Positions 1 through 13,130 of a stretch of DNA of 64,000 nucleotides are shown piece after piece. Within the stretch, counting starts at the first letter, position 1. Each line of letters starts with the position of its first letter. The notes under the pieces are model-generated. The model did not search any database, was not told where the DNA came from, and saw only the letters and a program-made list of their open reading frames with translations. This stretch comes from Octopus vulgaris (taxonomy: Eukaryota). The position numbers were made by a program, and so were the translations under genes. The stretch lies in contig OX597816.1 in assembly GCA_951406725.2 (NCBI GenBank), positions 52,514,001 to 52,578,000 of the forward strand. Reading direction: 5' to 3'.

Positions 1-100
1 AATGTAACTATATGTAGTTGCTGAAAGTGGAAAATACATGGAAGAGGGGTTATTCTAACTGAACCCCAAAAAGGAGTCAGCTAATGAAGTTGACAATTTA

Positions 101-360
101 TCATCATCATCATCATCGTTTAACGTCCGCTTTCCATGCTAGCATGGGTTAGACGGTTCAACTGGGATCTGGCAAGCCAGGAGGCTACACCAGGCCCAAT
201 CTGATCTGGCAGTGTTTCTACAGCTGGATGCCCTTCCTAACGCCAACCACTCCATGAGTGTAGTGGGTGCTTTTTATGTGCCACCAGCACAGGGGCCAGG
301 CAAGGCTGGCAATGGCTGCAATCGGTTGGTGCTTTTTATGTTTCACCGGCACGGACGTGC
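101..360 (-). mobile_element. RTE 3' UTR-derived repeat with (GAT)n tail
   Basis: Starts catcatcgtttaacgtccgctttccatgctagcatggg. Further copies lie near 13268-13475, 18600-18790, 20588-20845, 27895-28420, 35645-35885, 36265-36500 and 36868-37190. Confidence 0.8.
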
Positions 361-1040
361 CACCAAAACATGTAATTAAGGATATGTAAGCAGGGAAAGT
401 ATCTGGACAATCAGGAATAGTTGCCAAAAGGGTGAAAATATTCAGCAAAGAAGTCAATTAGGGAGTACAAAGAATGGTAATAGTATCATTATCCGCTACT
501 AGATGACAAAGGAGATGCTTAAGAATAAAGCGACTACCAAGTTAAGAAAATATGATTAGTAAGACAATTGGCTTACATGAGTTGCAGCTCAGTTTTGTGC
601 CAGGACATGGTATCACTGAAGCCCTCAAATTAGACAGACAACTATGAGAGAAGTTCTTAGCTAAAAGTAAGACACAATACCTAGCAGTAGCAAGAATTCC
701 ATTTTGAATACCCACTGTAATCTACCAAAGTGAAGGCTTACAGGCATAGAAGGATGAGAGTAGTTAACAGTGAGAGTATTTGTGATAAGCAATTTCAAAT
801 GCTTTAAAGGTACAGTAGAAGTTGTTAGCTTTTCTAAAGTAGATGATTTATATAGAAATGGAGATGAGTGAAAAAGAATGGGTTAGAAAAGATTTAGAGA
901 GTTATTATGTCTGCTAGGGACAAAGTCATTCCTCAGTCAAGTGAAGGGTAGATTGCATGATGCTTGTATATAAAATGTGATGAAGCATGGTAGCCAAATA
1001 TGATTACTGAATGTGGAGTTTGTGCAAAAGTCAGAAAAGA
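360..1040 (+). mobile_element. Highly degenerate RTE LINE RT fragment
   Basis: Remnants such as Q.SFVPG.G.TEA...RQL.EKFLAK and VKGRLHDAC...HGS; many stops. Confidence 0.55.
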
Positions 1041-1516
1041 AGTTTTATATCCTTGTACTTAATGAAGTACATATGTAATTAACGAAGCAGCAAGGAAGAA
1101 AGTATATACAAGATACACTACTATTACATGAGACTCAATGCTCTATATCAAAAGCAACAGTGACCTGCTGCCAACCTAAATTGCCAGTCGCTCATAGTTC
1201 TTTAATTTATAACAATGAGTCAGTTCACCGTTAGTCACTTGCAGGGTGGTTGCAATCTTTCCACGACTAAGTGATGAGCTTTTGTCCGAGAAACAAAGAG
1301 AGTTGCCAACTGTTTTTTTTTTCTCTTTGAAAGAACTCTGTTTCATGTTTGTCAAGAGTAAAACAAAATGAAAAGGATAGTGTTCTTAGAAGTTTTGTAG
1401 ATGTCTAAGTGATTAGGAACATGTAATGATAGGATATGAGAGGACTAAAGCTCACTGAAGTCAAAACGGCAAAATTCTGCCTCTTGCATAACCAGGCAAT
1501 TTTCCCCATCAAATAG

Positions 1517-1749
1517 CTATTTCTTTACTGCCCACAAGGGGCTAAACACAGAGGGGACAAACAAGGACAGACAAACGGATTAAGTCGATTACATTGACCC
1601 CAGTGCGTAACTGGTACTTATTTAATCGATTCCGAAAAGATGAAAGGCAAAGTGGACCTCGGCGGAATTTGAACTCAGAATGTAGTGGCAGACGAAATAC
1701 CGCTGAGCATTTTGCCCGGCGTGCTAACGATTCTGCCAGCTCGCCGCCC
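1517..1749 (-). mobile_element. tRNA-derived SINE with Meta-like domain (family C)
   Basis: Head ggcggcgagctggcagaa, box B gagttcaaattc, domain gcctttcatc.tttcgg..tcgattaaataagtaccag; TSD cccatcaaata. Degenerate copies at 14170-14560, 22596-22810, 29940-30150 and 57745-57942. Confidence 0.85.
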
Positions 1750-3162
1750 ATCAAATAACATTATTGTCTCACTCCTTACATGATCTACATGCAACCTGTA
1801 ATAGAGCTGCTTCTTGTGATGATGATGAATTGCATCAGGCTCAGTGACAGGTGCACCACATATCCAATCAACTTTATTTAATCAGTATGTTATTCAATCC
1901 GTTTTGTGGTGTTATTGTTTTAATTGTGTAACCCCCATTTCAAAGAATCCTGATAAACTAGATATATAGATTGTAGACAGGTCTGAATTAAGCCCAACTG
2001 ATGCTCTAAGCACAGCTTAACAATGGTGCTTCTTAGAATCATTGTTCCTCATAGGAATACTCTGTCCATTGGAGTTTGGAGCCCCATCTATACTTAAAGA
2101 ACAAGATTCTTTTAGGATTCTCAAATAAAGAGTAAGAGACTAAAATATTAGCTTCCTCACTTCTCATGGCAATTGAATTTATTGAGCTCTTTCATAATAG
2201 TCTGTTGTTCAGTGTGGAGTAAAGGAATTACATTTTAGATTAAAATCTACTAAAGAATGATTCCTAAACAAAACGGTCAGTTTGTTAACAAGCCTGCAAG
2301 TTGTGGGGGATCCTAATTTACATGGTGGTGTTGGTGGTAGAGACAAGGATGTTGATGCTGCTATGGAAGGATAGAAGAAAAAGAGTATTAACATGCAATT
2401 TTTGCTACAATTCACCTATTTAGAATAAATCTTTTTAAGTTTTGGAGAAAATAATCAATGGAAGTCTACTTTATTCTGTCTGGTTTTACAACTGTTTATT
2501 AGCCAGTGGCATTGTGACATTTACTGAGATATCATGAAATACTTAAACCTGACAATTATACAAAAAACCACTGATTTAATACAGAAATTCTGGGCTGTAC
2601 ACAAAGAAGCAACTAAATTTGTCTGGCAAGGATGTGGTTTAGAAGGTCAGAACAGATTTAATTGAATTTTCTGAAAGAAACAAATCAGACTGTTATTCAG
2701 TTTAAATTGAGTAGACTCATAGTAAGAACTGTAATTAGAAACACTGCTCACAGCATTTGTAGCCATCACTTCTCTTATTTCAAGTATCAAAAATAATTTG
2801 AATAAATTAGATATTTCATGTGATAAAAACTAGACATTTTTCAAAGTTCTAATACATAAATAATGCTTTGATAAATTTTTAAATGTCTATTGCGATAATG
2901 TCTGTTCATATGCGTTTATTTCATAGCAATTTCATATTCTAATACTACGGTATTTTCATTAAAAAAATCTGATATTCTAGACATTATCAAAAGCCTGAAG
3001 AATAAAATATTAACAGCATAATCAAGTTATCAAAATGATTTTATATTTACAAAGTGATTCTTTCATGACTTTTTACTATGTACATTGAAGTGTATGGTTT
3101 GCTGATGAAGCTGTAATAATACTGAAACATAAGCCATTACCTCCTAAAGTTGCCAAAGAAGT

Positions 3163-3890
3163 ACGAGGGTGGGCTGAAAAATTCATAGGATGACTGTGAA
3201 GGAGTGATACTAGCGTGATGCTAGAGATGTGAAATCTTGCATGCATTAATTTCAGCTCATCTTATTAATAACTGCATTAGTTTCTTCTGGACAAACTGAC
3301 ATCTGATTGTTCTAAGAAGTCTTCAAATGTAACTGGTAGCAACTCCTTTTGAAAATGGACAAAATTTGGCATCATCATGTTATCAAGTACCTGCAGAAAA
3401 AGGGTTTAGCCCCCAAAGGACATTCATGCTGACATGGTTGCTACATTAGGAGATGATGCTTCAGCTTTATCTACAGTGCAAAAGTAGGCAGCTGAATCTA
3501 TGTAAGGAACAGAGGGCCTTGAAGATGACCCAACATCTGGACGTCCTGCCACTGACACCACCAAGGGAAACATTGATTGTGTTCACTATATGGTGATGAA
3601 TGACAGACCATTGACTATATCAAACAGCTAATGCTATTAGCATATCCCATGAGAGAGTTGAGAATATTCTGCTCAATGAACTTGGCATGTTTGAGGGGTG
3701 CCATGTCTCCTGATCAAAAGCACACTAGGTTGATCACATCATGGAAAATCTGACATTGTTTGAGATAGATCCAGGTGGTTTCTTTGAATGCTTCCTCACC
3801 AAAGATGAACAGGAGACAAAGAGATAATCCTTGTAATGGAAACACCCCTCCTCATCTGTTCCAAAGAGGGCCATAGTCATTTCCTATATA
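3163..3890 (+). mobile_element. Mariner transposon relic, 5' half (irritans-like)
   Basis: TIR cgagggtgggctgaaaaattcatagg follows a TA. The degenerate N-terminal transposase reads MDKIWHHHVIKYLQKKGLAP...LEDDPTSGRP. Same family as 42692-44829. Confidence 0.85.
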
Positions 3891-4565
3891 AGAACATTTC
3901 TCTAAGCAACATTTGATTTTTGTTTCTTTCCCCCTTTTAATGCAGTTTTGCAAGAGAAAGGTGCAACATGCAAAATCCCAAGTAGCAACACAGTAAGAAC
4001 CAGATGTGTATAATAACTTATTTTAACAAGAAATATTGAGTACGTTACTTTCATTTATGACACAAAACGCACACATGCATAAACACACATATTCATTGTT
4101 ACTATTATGTTAAACTGTCGTATGTACAAAATTGGGCAAATGTGCTTTTTGTTTTTCCATATTAATTTTTGCTGGCAATAGCCAGTTCTTTTAGTAAAAC
4201 TATCGTATCTCCAGCTGCATCAGATGCCAAGATATTAAGAATTGTCAAATTGTAGTACAATGGTTTTGCTACGGAATGGTGAAAATATTTTTTTGTTTTC
4301 TGGAAAAGCAACGTTTTGGATTTATGACACTTTTGCATAATAGCAACAAAATATTTCCTTAGTTCATCCTCACCACCATCACCATTTTAACATCCAATTT
4401 TCTGTTACAGCAGACTTTCTCTATGTCTAGATGTTCCCCTTGTCACTGACCCTAACTTGTTTCCAAGCAAGGTAATATATTTTCTGAATTATTTTGAAAA
4501 CTGAACAGCCGAGTGACTAGACATGTTTTGTAGAAGATTGTAAATAAATTACTCCTCAAATGGAT

Positions 4566-4945
4566 TCATCATCATCATCATCATCTTTTAACGTCCGCTT
4601 TCCATGATAGCATGGGTTGGACGATTTTGACTGAGGGCTGGCGAACCAGATGGCTGCAACAGGCTCCAATCTTGATCTGGCAGAGTTTCTACAGCTGGAT
4701 GCCCTTCCTAATGCCAACCACTCCGAGAGTGTAGTGGGTGCTCTTACGTGCCACCAGCATGGGGGCCAGTATTGGCAATGACCTCACTCAAACCCTTTTA
4801 CCGATGCCACTAGCACAGGTGCCAGTAAGGCGACACTGGCAATGATCACACTCGAATGGTGCCTTCTACGTGCCACTGGCATGGAAGCCAGTTAGCCGCT
4901 CTGGAAACGACCACGCTTGGATGGTGCTCTTAGCAACCTACTGCA
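4566..4945 (-). mobile_element. RTE 3' UTR-derived repeat
   Basis: Same family terminus and ctggatgcccttcctaa core. Confidence 0.8.
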
Positions 4946-5193
4946 GTCTGTGCATAAATATCAGAACAAGGAGAAGTTGCGACTCACACTCACACTCAAA
5001 TGCATATATACACCTGAGTATGTGCATGAGCATGATGGACTACTTAGTTTGCATTTACCAATTCCTTCAATCTATAAGTCAGCGTGCACTACTTGTGGAG
5101 GCACCAGCTGTCAATGTCATGTCTTAGGAACAAAGCCTAAACTCCTTTGTTCCAAAGTGAACTTGCTTATCACATTGCAATACCCATCTATGT

Positions 5194-5500
5194 GGAGGCA
5201 CATGGCCTAGTGGTTAGAGCAGCAGATTTGCAGTCGAGGAATCATGGGTTCGAATCTCAGACCGGGCGATATGTGTGTTTTTCAGTGAAACACCTAAGCT
5301 CCATGCAGCTCTGGCAGAAGGTAATGGCGAACTTCTGCTGACTCTTTCGCCACAACTTTCTCTCACTCTTTCCTCCTGCATCTTGCAGCTCACCTGCGAT
5401 GGACCGGCGTCCCGTCCAGGTGGAGAACCTATATGCCAAGGAAACTGGGAAACTGTCCCTAATGAGCCAGGCATGGCTCAATAAAGAACAAACAACAACA
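5194..5500 (+). mobile_element. tRNA-derived SINE with V-domain-like motif (family D)
   Basis: Box A tggcctagtgg, box B ggttcgaatct, motif cctgcgatggaccggcgtcccgtccagg, (AAC) tail. Confidence 0.8.
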
Positions 5501-5558
5501 ATATCCATCTATCTATCTATATCTCTCTGTCTATCTATCTATCTATCTATCTATCTTA

Positions 5559-5612
<54 letters not shown>

Positions 5613-5617
<5 letters not shown>

Positions 5618-5808
5618 TATATAGAAGGAGCTTCTACAGGACTAGAACTGTTTCATTCAAGAGAAATCATCAGTTTCCTGATGATTTCTCTTGAATGAAA
5701 CAGTTCTAGTCCTGTAGAAGCTCCTTCTATATAATAAATTAATTTTACTCTGCTATGTATTGAGTACATTATTTACTGTGGTTAACCCCGAATCAACCCG
5801 GGACCTAC
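5613..5808 (+). mobile_element. Fold-back Penelope-like terminal fragment with hammerhead-like core
   Basis: Perfect 61-bp inverted arms (5613-5673 / 5678-5738) plus tail, in (TA)n; CUGAUGA...GAAACAG...CUGUA at 5674-5720. Confidence 0.7.
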
Positions 5809-5839
<31 letters not shown>

Positions 5840-6339
5840 TACACACACACACACACACACATGTATGTATATATTTATGTGTGTATCTACATATAGTGGA
5901 GTTTAGTGTTCTAGGAAATTTCCCAGTAATGTCGTGATATTTATCTTACTGATACAAAGTTATAGTGAGCTTATTCATATGTTCAAAAATTAAATTGAAT
6001 ATGTCTGTGACTAGCAGAATTATAGTATTGTCTAGGAAAATTTATCTATGATTAGTATATTTACAAGCAATCAAATCATAATACATTTAGCACAATGGAG
6101 TAAAGTATCGGAAGTTTTGTAACTACTGTATCCTTCTATAATTAGCTCTATTGACCTTTAGAAAAAATATAATATAGCTGCTTCATTCACATTTTCCCAG
6201 CAAAACATTATGCAATCTTAATACAGCAACTCAGTTTAAATAAAGAGTCAAAATATAATTTAAAATACAGTAAATACAAGTAGAGTCTTCAGATATATAG
6301 AGGCAAGCATAGATAGCCATGTGGTCAACTTTGCCTTGC

Positions 6340-6865
6340 AGTAATATGGTTGAATTTGAACACAATACATGACATAGTGGGATTGAAATTGAAATCAAAT
6401 TCGATGACTGGCATCCGTGTTAGTGCAGCGCTAAGAGTACCATATGAGTATGATTGTTGCAAGAGCAACAAGCTGGGCTCCATGCCAGTGGCACGTAAAA
6501 AACACCATCCGAGTGTGATCATTACCTGCATCGCCTTACTGGCACTTGTGCTGGTGGCATGTGAAAAACATTTGAGCGAGGTCATTGCCAGTGCCGCTGG
6601 ACTGGCTCCTGTGCAGGTGACACATAAAAGGCACCATTTGAGCATGGCCGTTACCAGCACCACCTGACTGGCCCTCGTGCCGGTGGCACGTAAAAGCGCC
6701 CACTACACTCTCAGAGTGGTTGATGCTAGAAAAGGCATCCAGCTGTAGAAGCTCTGCAAGATCAGATTGGAGTCTGGTGCAGCCATCTGGTTCGCCAGAC
6801 CTCAGTCAAATCGTTCAACCCATGCTAGCATGGAAAACTGATATTTAACGATGATGATGATGATT
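6340..6865 (+). mobile_element. RTE 3' UTR-derived repeat
   Basis: Repeated gtgcc.gtggcacgtaaaa units, ending in (GAT)n. Confidence 0.8.
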
Positions 6866-7498
6866 GAGCAAAGCTTCTTCATTGAAATTTAGTACATCAA
6901 ATCTGTGCAGATCTTTTTATACACACTCATATGTACACTTCATCATTACTGTTGACATTATTGTCAGCAGCAGCAACAGCATGTGTTCAGTTGGTGGATG
7001 TACTTCCTATCATCAACCACTTAGCTGAGTGTATTAGAGACATTTAATAAAAGCACCATTGATATAGTGATTGCATGTTTTCAGCGAGACTTAAGAGTCT
7101 CTCTACTCTATTCTGAATCAGTGCATTCATCTCTCTGAAAGTCATCTGGTCATTGGCAGATAGAAGAGAGAGATGAATGAGAAACACACTGAGAGAGTGA
7201 CAGGAAAACAATGAATGGGAGAGAACTAGAGTGATAGGAGGGAAAAGGTGATAGAAAAGAGTGTAAAAGGATGGAGAGAGAGAGGGGGGGCTGATAACTA
7301 CCCAACATTTACTGATAAGAAGTTTGGGTGAAAACAGCATGAGAAGCATCATTGGACAAGAGAGAGTGATATGAAAGTAACAAGTTTATAGAAAGGTGAT
7401 TACATAAGAGTGTGTGTGTGCATTATGTATGTTATGTATACATGTGTGTGTGTATGTGTGAAAATGGATGAATGAATTATCCTTTGTTTACAGTTAAC

Positions 7499-9773
7499 AT
7501 GGAAATTTCAATAAACAGTTACCAGGGTAGCAAAATATCAACGCTTTGCTTAAGGATATTCCCATTCCCCCAAGGAACGCTTTCCTTAAGGAATTCATCA
7601 ATAAGACGAATTCCTTTATCAAATGCATCAGATGTCTCACCTTCTTCTTCGATAATAAGGACTTACAACAGACCAATAATGACATTTCTTCTGAGTATAA
7701 AAAATTATTTAAATCGAAGAGCAGCCCTCCACCCAACTCTAGATTGAAAAAGGAAATTATTGCTTCCTAGCTACATGGTTTCGGGTTCAGTCCCACTGCG
7801 TGGCACTTTGGGTAGGTATCTTCTGCTATAGCCCCGAGCCGACCGAAGCTTTGTGATTGAATTCGGCAGGCGGAAGTTACTGCCGTGTGTGTATATGTGC
7901 GTGTAGGTGCTTGTGCCTCTCCGAAAGAGAGAGAGAGGGGATTACATCCTTGTTCAATCTGATAAAATGGGAAACCTCTATAAGCTCACCAAGAGCTACT
8001 ATTTGGAACTGCTGGAAAAAGAAATTTAAAAAAACTATAAGATCACCAGTATGAATACACTCAGGCAGGCTAACCTAGAAGCTAAAGGAATTATGGAATC
8101 GTATGGATTACAGATGAAGACAGAACCATTGAATCCCAGGCAACCTCAGTTTATTTTAAAAGACCACAAACAAAACTTTTATATTAACCCATCCTTACGG
8201 CTTATCTCTCCTTCCAGCTCAGACATTGGTATACTTAAGGTGGCGAGCTGGCAGAAACGTTAGCATGCCAGGCGAAATGCTTAGTGGTATTTCATTTGCC
8301 GTTACATTCTGAGATCAAATTCCGCCAAGGTCAACATGGCCTTTCATCCTTTTGGGGTCGATAAATTAAGCACCAGTTATGCACTGGGGTCGATGTAATT
8401 GACTTAATCCGTTTGTCTGTCCTTGTTTGTCCTCTCTGTGTTTAGTCCCTTGTGGGTAGTAAAGAAATAGGTATACTTAGTAAATGCATCTTAGATAAGT
8501 ATATCCCTACATTAATCAATAGATTAAAACTTAGCTTAAGGTCTAATTCTTTTCAAGTTGTTGATTGGTTTACTTCTATTGCTAATAAGGTTAACACCAA
8601 ATTTATTCAGTTTGATATATCTTGCTTTTATTTATCAATCAACCCTATTATACTCAATGAGGCACTCTGGCATGCACACAATAAAGCAGGTCTCTCTAGA
8701 AAGGAAATTAATGTGGTGCTGGCTGCCAGAAAATCAATCATTAAGTTTGATAACAAGTTGTGGGTCTGGAAGGATACTCACAACGTGTTCAATGTCCCAA
8801 TGGGAAGTTCAGATTCTGCCCAAATTGTGGATTTAGTCGGCATATGTATACTTCAGGAAATGACTGACTAGTTCTCAGACATGTGTGGAGGTCTATATCG
8901 AGATGATTGTTTGCTTTACCTCCAAAACTTTTCCAATCAAAAAAACACAGAAGATTAAGAATAGGTTAGTTAGGTTTTTCGTAGAATGGGCTTTCACATC
9001 GTTTTTGAAGATGAGATAACTAAAGCTAACTTCTTAGATATTACTCTTAATTTGCACAATAACTCATACTTCCCATACCACAAACCTTCCCCCAATCTCA
9101 AGTATATTAATCCATCCAGGAATCATGCTAGGGCAATTACTAAGAATTTAGTTAAAAAAATTTCAGCTAGATTGTCTAAATTATCCGCCAATGTTAACAT
9201 TTTTAATGACAAGGCAGAATTTTATAACTCTGGCTTAGTTAAAGCAGGGTATAAAGAAAAAGTTCCATACATTGATTCTGCTCAATCTCATCCTTCATCT
9301 ACTATTCGAGACAAGAACTCTAGTTGTAATAAGAAGAGTGATTTTAATTCTAATATTAACAATAACACAAAACATGTTAAAATTCCTTTACAGAGTAAGG
9401 GAAGCAACCGTTATTTAAACCCATTTTTTCACTCTAGAGGTATTTAACCGTTCTTTATAGATAGTACAATTTGACTGTTACTAGGAAAACTATTTGGTTT
9501 GTTATTCCATATGGAAGACAAATGAAATCTAATCTTCCTTTCCAGTTCTGTGAAGCGATTAGTAAGAACTTTCCAAAAAATTCTAGATATCATTCAATTA
9601 TTAATTCTCATAGAGTTAGAGTTACCTACTCCAACACAAAGAATCTTTCACAAATTATATTTTCTCATAATACCAGTCTGCTAGATAAAAATTCATTTTC
9701 TGAGAGTTCCAACAATAATTTTGTTAATACCAGCTCTTCGCATAATGATGATGATGATGATAACAACAACAAC

Positions 9774-9806
<33 letters not shown>

Positions 9807-10185
9807 CATAACAATAATAACAACAACAACATAGTTCTGGTCTCTGAGGACAACCCCAACAGAATTAAATTTATGTCTAATAATTCTAAGATTAAGAATT
9901 CTATATACCAATGTAAAATTACTTCCGGTACCGATGTCTATTTCTATATTGGCGCTTCCTCTTCCCAGTTATCTAAGAGAATTTCCAATCATTATTCTTC
10001 ATTTGGGGATAGCAGTAAACGCAACTGCACAGGGCTAAGTAAATTTGTTTGGTATCTTAAAGACAACAATAAGGATTTTAATTTAGATTAGTTCATCCTG
10101 TCCATCTCTTTTCCCTTATGACAAGGGCAAAGGATTTTGTAACATTTGCAACTCTGAACTCTTCCATATTCTCTTCTCTAAGAAT
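7499..10185 (+). mobile_element. Decayed Penelope-like retroelement (RT plus C-terminal GIY-YIG endonuclease), probably Naiad-type, interrupted by two SINEs
   Basis: Broken ORF pieces 7546-7770, 8051-8240, 8470-8871, 8986-9447 and 9471-10091 carry RT motifs FIQFDISCFY, VPMGSSDSAQIVDLVG, GLYRDDCL and NFLDITLNL. The endonuclease part has SIYQCKI...FYIGAS...KRISNH, LSKFVWYLK and CNICNSE. Stops and frameshifts are present. Confidence 0.9.
8239..8470 (+). mobile_element. SINE family C inserted in the Penelope RT ORF
   Basis: TSD ggtatactta; removing the SINE restores ...SDIGILSKCILDK. Confidence 0.88.
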
Positions 10186-10974
10186 CAGCCCCATAGCTTG
10201 CCATTTCTGGTCACACTGTCCACCCCATGCTAGCATGGAGGACTGACGTGATACTGTCTCCTCTCATCACCAACGAACTTCTACATATTCTCTACTGGAC
10301 TTTCTACACTTCAGCTGCCAATGGATTACACTGGACTCCTTTGTTGATGCTATATATATATACACACACACACACACACAGAGGCAAGGAGATTGACTGA
10401 AATTACATAGAGATATTTAGGTGTGAGCAACGTCCCTTAACAATAGGTGGAATTTGTCAATCCCCTCCTCCTTTAAAATAAGCTGCAGACAAAATACTAA
10501 GTAAATATACCAAAATACTTTAAGGTGATACCATAGCATGGTATTATAAAAGTATGTAGTTTGCTCAGAACTATACTTATTCTTTAGTAATGAGTTTTTC
10601 ATCAATAGTATTCATCAATAGTATTAGTATCAATAGTATAATTCATTTGCAATTTAAATTACACTGTTAAACAGCAGCTTTAGTTGCCCCAGGTGTATAA
10701 TAATCTTAATTTTTATTTTATAGGTATTTAAATGTTTTATTTGTTTGCAGCTGAATTATTCATACTGAATTTAACATATGATATCATAGGACAGGCACCA
10801 GAAGTGATTATCTTTATGTAAAAAGAGAGAAAATATCAATATTTTTGCTGTTTCAAGTTTGCACATGCACTGCAAATATTCAATGTCAAGCATAATAATT
10901 TAAGTTTTGCAATGTTACTGTCCAGTCTTAGCTCTTATGCACATTATTTCACCAGTATTAAAAACTGCCCCCAT

Positions 10975-11010
<36 letters not shown>

Positions 11011-11362
11011 TATATATGATATATATATATTGTGTCCCGTGCTCCTAGGGTGCTAAGAGCACCATTCGAGCGTGATCGTTACCAGCGTCGCCTTACTGGC
11101 ACCTATGCCAGTGGCATGCATAAAAAGATTTGAGTGAGGTCGTTGCCAGTACCGCCTGACTGGCCCCCGTGTTACTACTTTTTAACCCCAGGATCTGCTA
11201 GAAGGGAGTAGTAAGCTCCATTACTCACAGTATGTCTTGAACACAGATCATGTGTTGATAACCAGCTGGAAAAGATGCTTTCCTGAGGTTAAAAAATAGT
11301 AACATAGTCCTATGCTGGCCTGCCATGTTATGTTGGCAAATAAACTTTACTATATAGTACTA

Positions 11363-12136
11363 CTAGCATTATGACCCGTCGTTGCCGGGTTATAGTGCTA
11401 GTGCATGTATATATGTGTACATATTACATGTACATCTATATATATATATATATACATCTACACATAAAATACAAAATACAAAGTTATATCTTGATATCGC
11501 TAGTGATAACAATACTCAAAATATATAACAGACTGGAATTGTTAGCCCATCTCTTGTAATTTCCTCCAGGTGTTCAAATCTTTTTTCTCTACATTGTATA
11601 CTTTATAGACAATAGTCTTTTCTTTAATTTAATTTTTTATTATCCATCTGGACTATTCCATTTCTGCACACTAATTTTATTTTTAATTTATTCCCATTCA
11701 TGTGAAACCACTTATTCAAGTTCAAATCATTGATGCAATTTTATACCAATTGCTACTTTTACTTTTGTTATGTTACGATTATATTATACTTTAGTTTGAT
11801 TTTAATTATTACTTACTACATATAATTCAATTGTTATTATTATTTTTATTGTTAAAGTGAAAGCATCTGACATAAAATAGAGAAATGTTTTTGTTTCACT
11901 TTTAACATGTAATACTGAAATAGTGGAGAAGATATGATATTGCTATGGGCTCGCTCTAGGCAAGAAGTTGAACTTTTTCTTTGCCCATGAAACTACATGG
12001 ACCCTAAGTAAGGCATGTGTAAAATTTGAATGAAATTGGTTGTGTAGTTCTCAAGTTTTAGGGAAACACACAGACAGACAGACAGACAGACAGACAGGCA
12101 GACAGACACACATTCTCAGTTTTATATATAGAGAGA
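11363..12136 (-). mobile_element. Non-autonomous Helitron
   Basis: Minus strand: A|TCTCTCTATATATAAA start, (CTGT)n tract, 3' hairpin aacccggcaacgacgggt and CTAG|T end; no TSD. Confidence 0.8.
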
Positions 12137-12497
12137 TTACAACATAGATCTCATTCAGAAATTTAAAACTCATTGTTTTTCTCCTTATGAGATCAGTGAC
12201 TATCTGTCACTTCTATAAGTATATACTGCAAGTAAGGTCGAGTAGATGCTGTCTGTAGCCAGGTGGTTGTCCAGTACAGACGACAGGAAATTACTCAGAA
12301 ACTACTAGTCTGCTTATAATGTTAATGGCTAGAAAGTAGTGGTAAGCTCCCTTACTCACAATATGTCTCAGACACAGATCATGTGTCAATAACCATCTGG
12401 AAAATTGTTTCATTTCACATCCAATTTAAACTACGAAACATATATAAATATATATAACCCCAGGAAAACATCATTTCTGGCTGGTTATCAACATCTC

Positions 12498-13130
12498 CAG
12501 CGTCCATGCTGCCAACAAAGCACGCGGAGTTCTGTTCTTGATTCGACGGTCATTCGGAATGCTCACAGCAGCCATATTCCTACTGCTCTATGTCACGCTG
12601 GTGAAACCCATATTGGAGTATGGGATTCAAGCCTCCTCTCCTTATCTCCTCAAAGACATACAGCATCTCGAAAGAGTCCAGAAGCTGGCTACCCGCACGA
12701 TTCTTGGTCTCAAGAATTTGTCTTATGAAGAAAGGCTGAAGATGCTTGACCTTTATTCTCTAGAAAAACGACGACGCCGTGGTGATCTCATTATTGCACA
12801 CAACATCATAAGCGGAAAGTGTAACCTCTCGAAAGAGCTGTTCTTCACTCCTGCTCCAGAGTGTCGGCTGCGGGGTCATTCCGCAAAGCTCTATCTGCGA
12901 CGATTTCATCACAATTGAAGGAGAGGGGCTTTCTCCGTCCAGGTTGCGGAACCGTGGAATAAGCTGCCGGACGAGATGGTGAAGATGCCGACGACCGCTC
13001 GGTTCAAAGTTTCCCTTGACCACAAGTGGCCTGAACTCTTTACATGAACACCACCCTGTACATAACTCCATGTCCCCCTACATGTCCTTGCTTTTTGCTT
13101 TTTGAGCCAAAAAATTAACTAACTAACTAA
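12498..13130 (+). mobile_element. CR1-clade LINE 3' fragment with (TAAC)n tail
   Basis: LYVTLVKPILEYG...ERVQKLAT...SYEERL...RRRRGDLI...RGH, then WNKLP after an in-frame stop. Ends in a (AACT)n tail; probable TSD aacatctc. Confidence 0.9.

Noticed and set aside
5194-5270. tRNA-like sequences (also 62457 and other SINE heads)
   Set aside because: A and B boxes are present, but no complete cloverleaf was seen and they run into SINE bodies.
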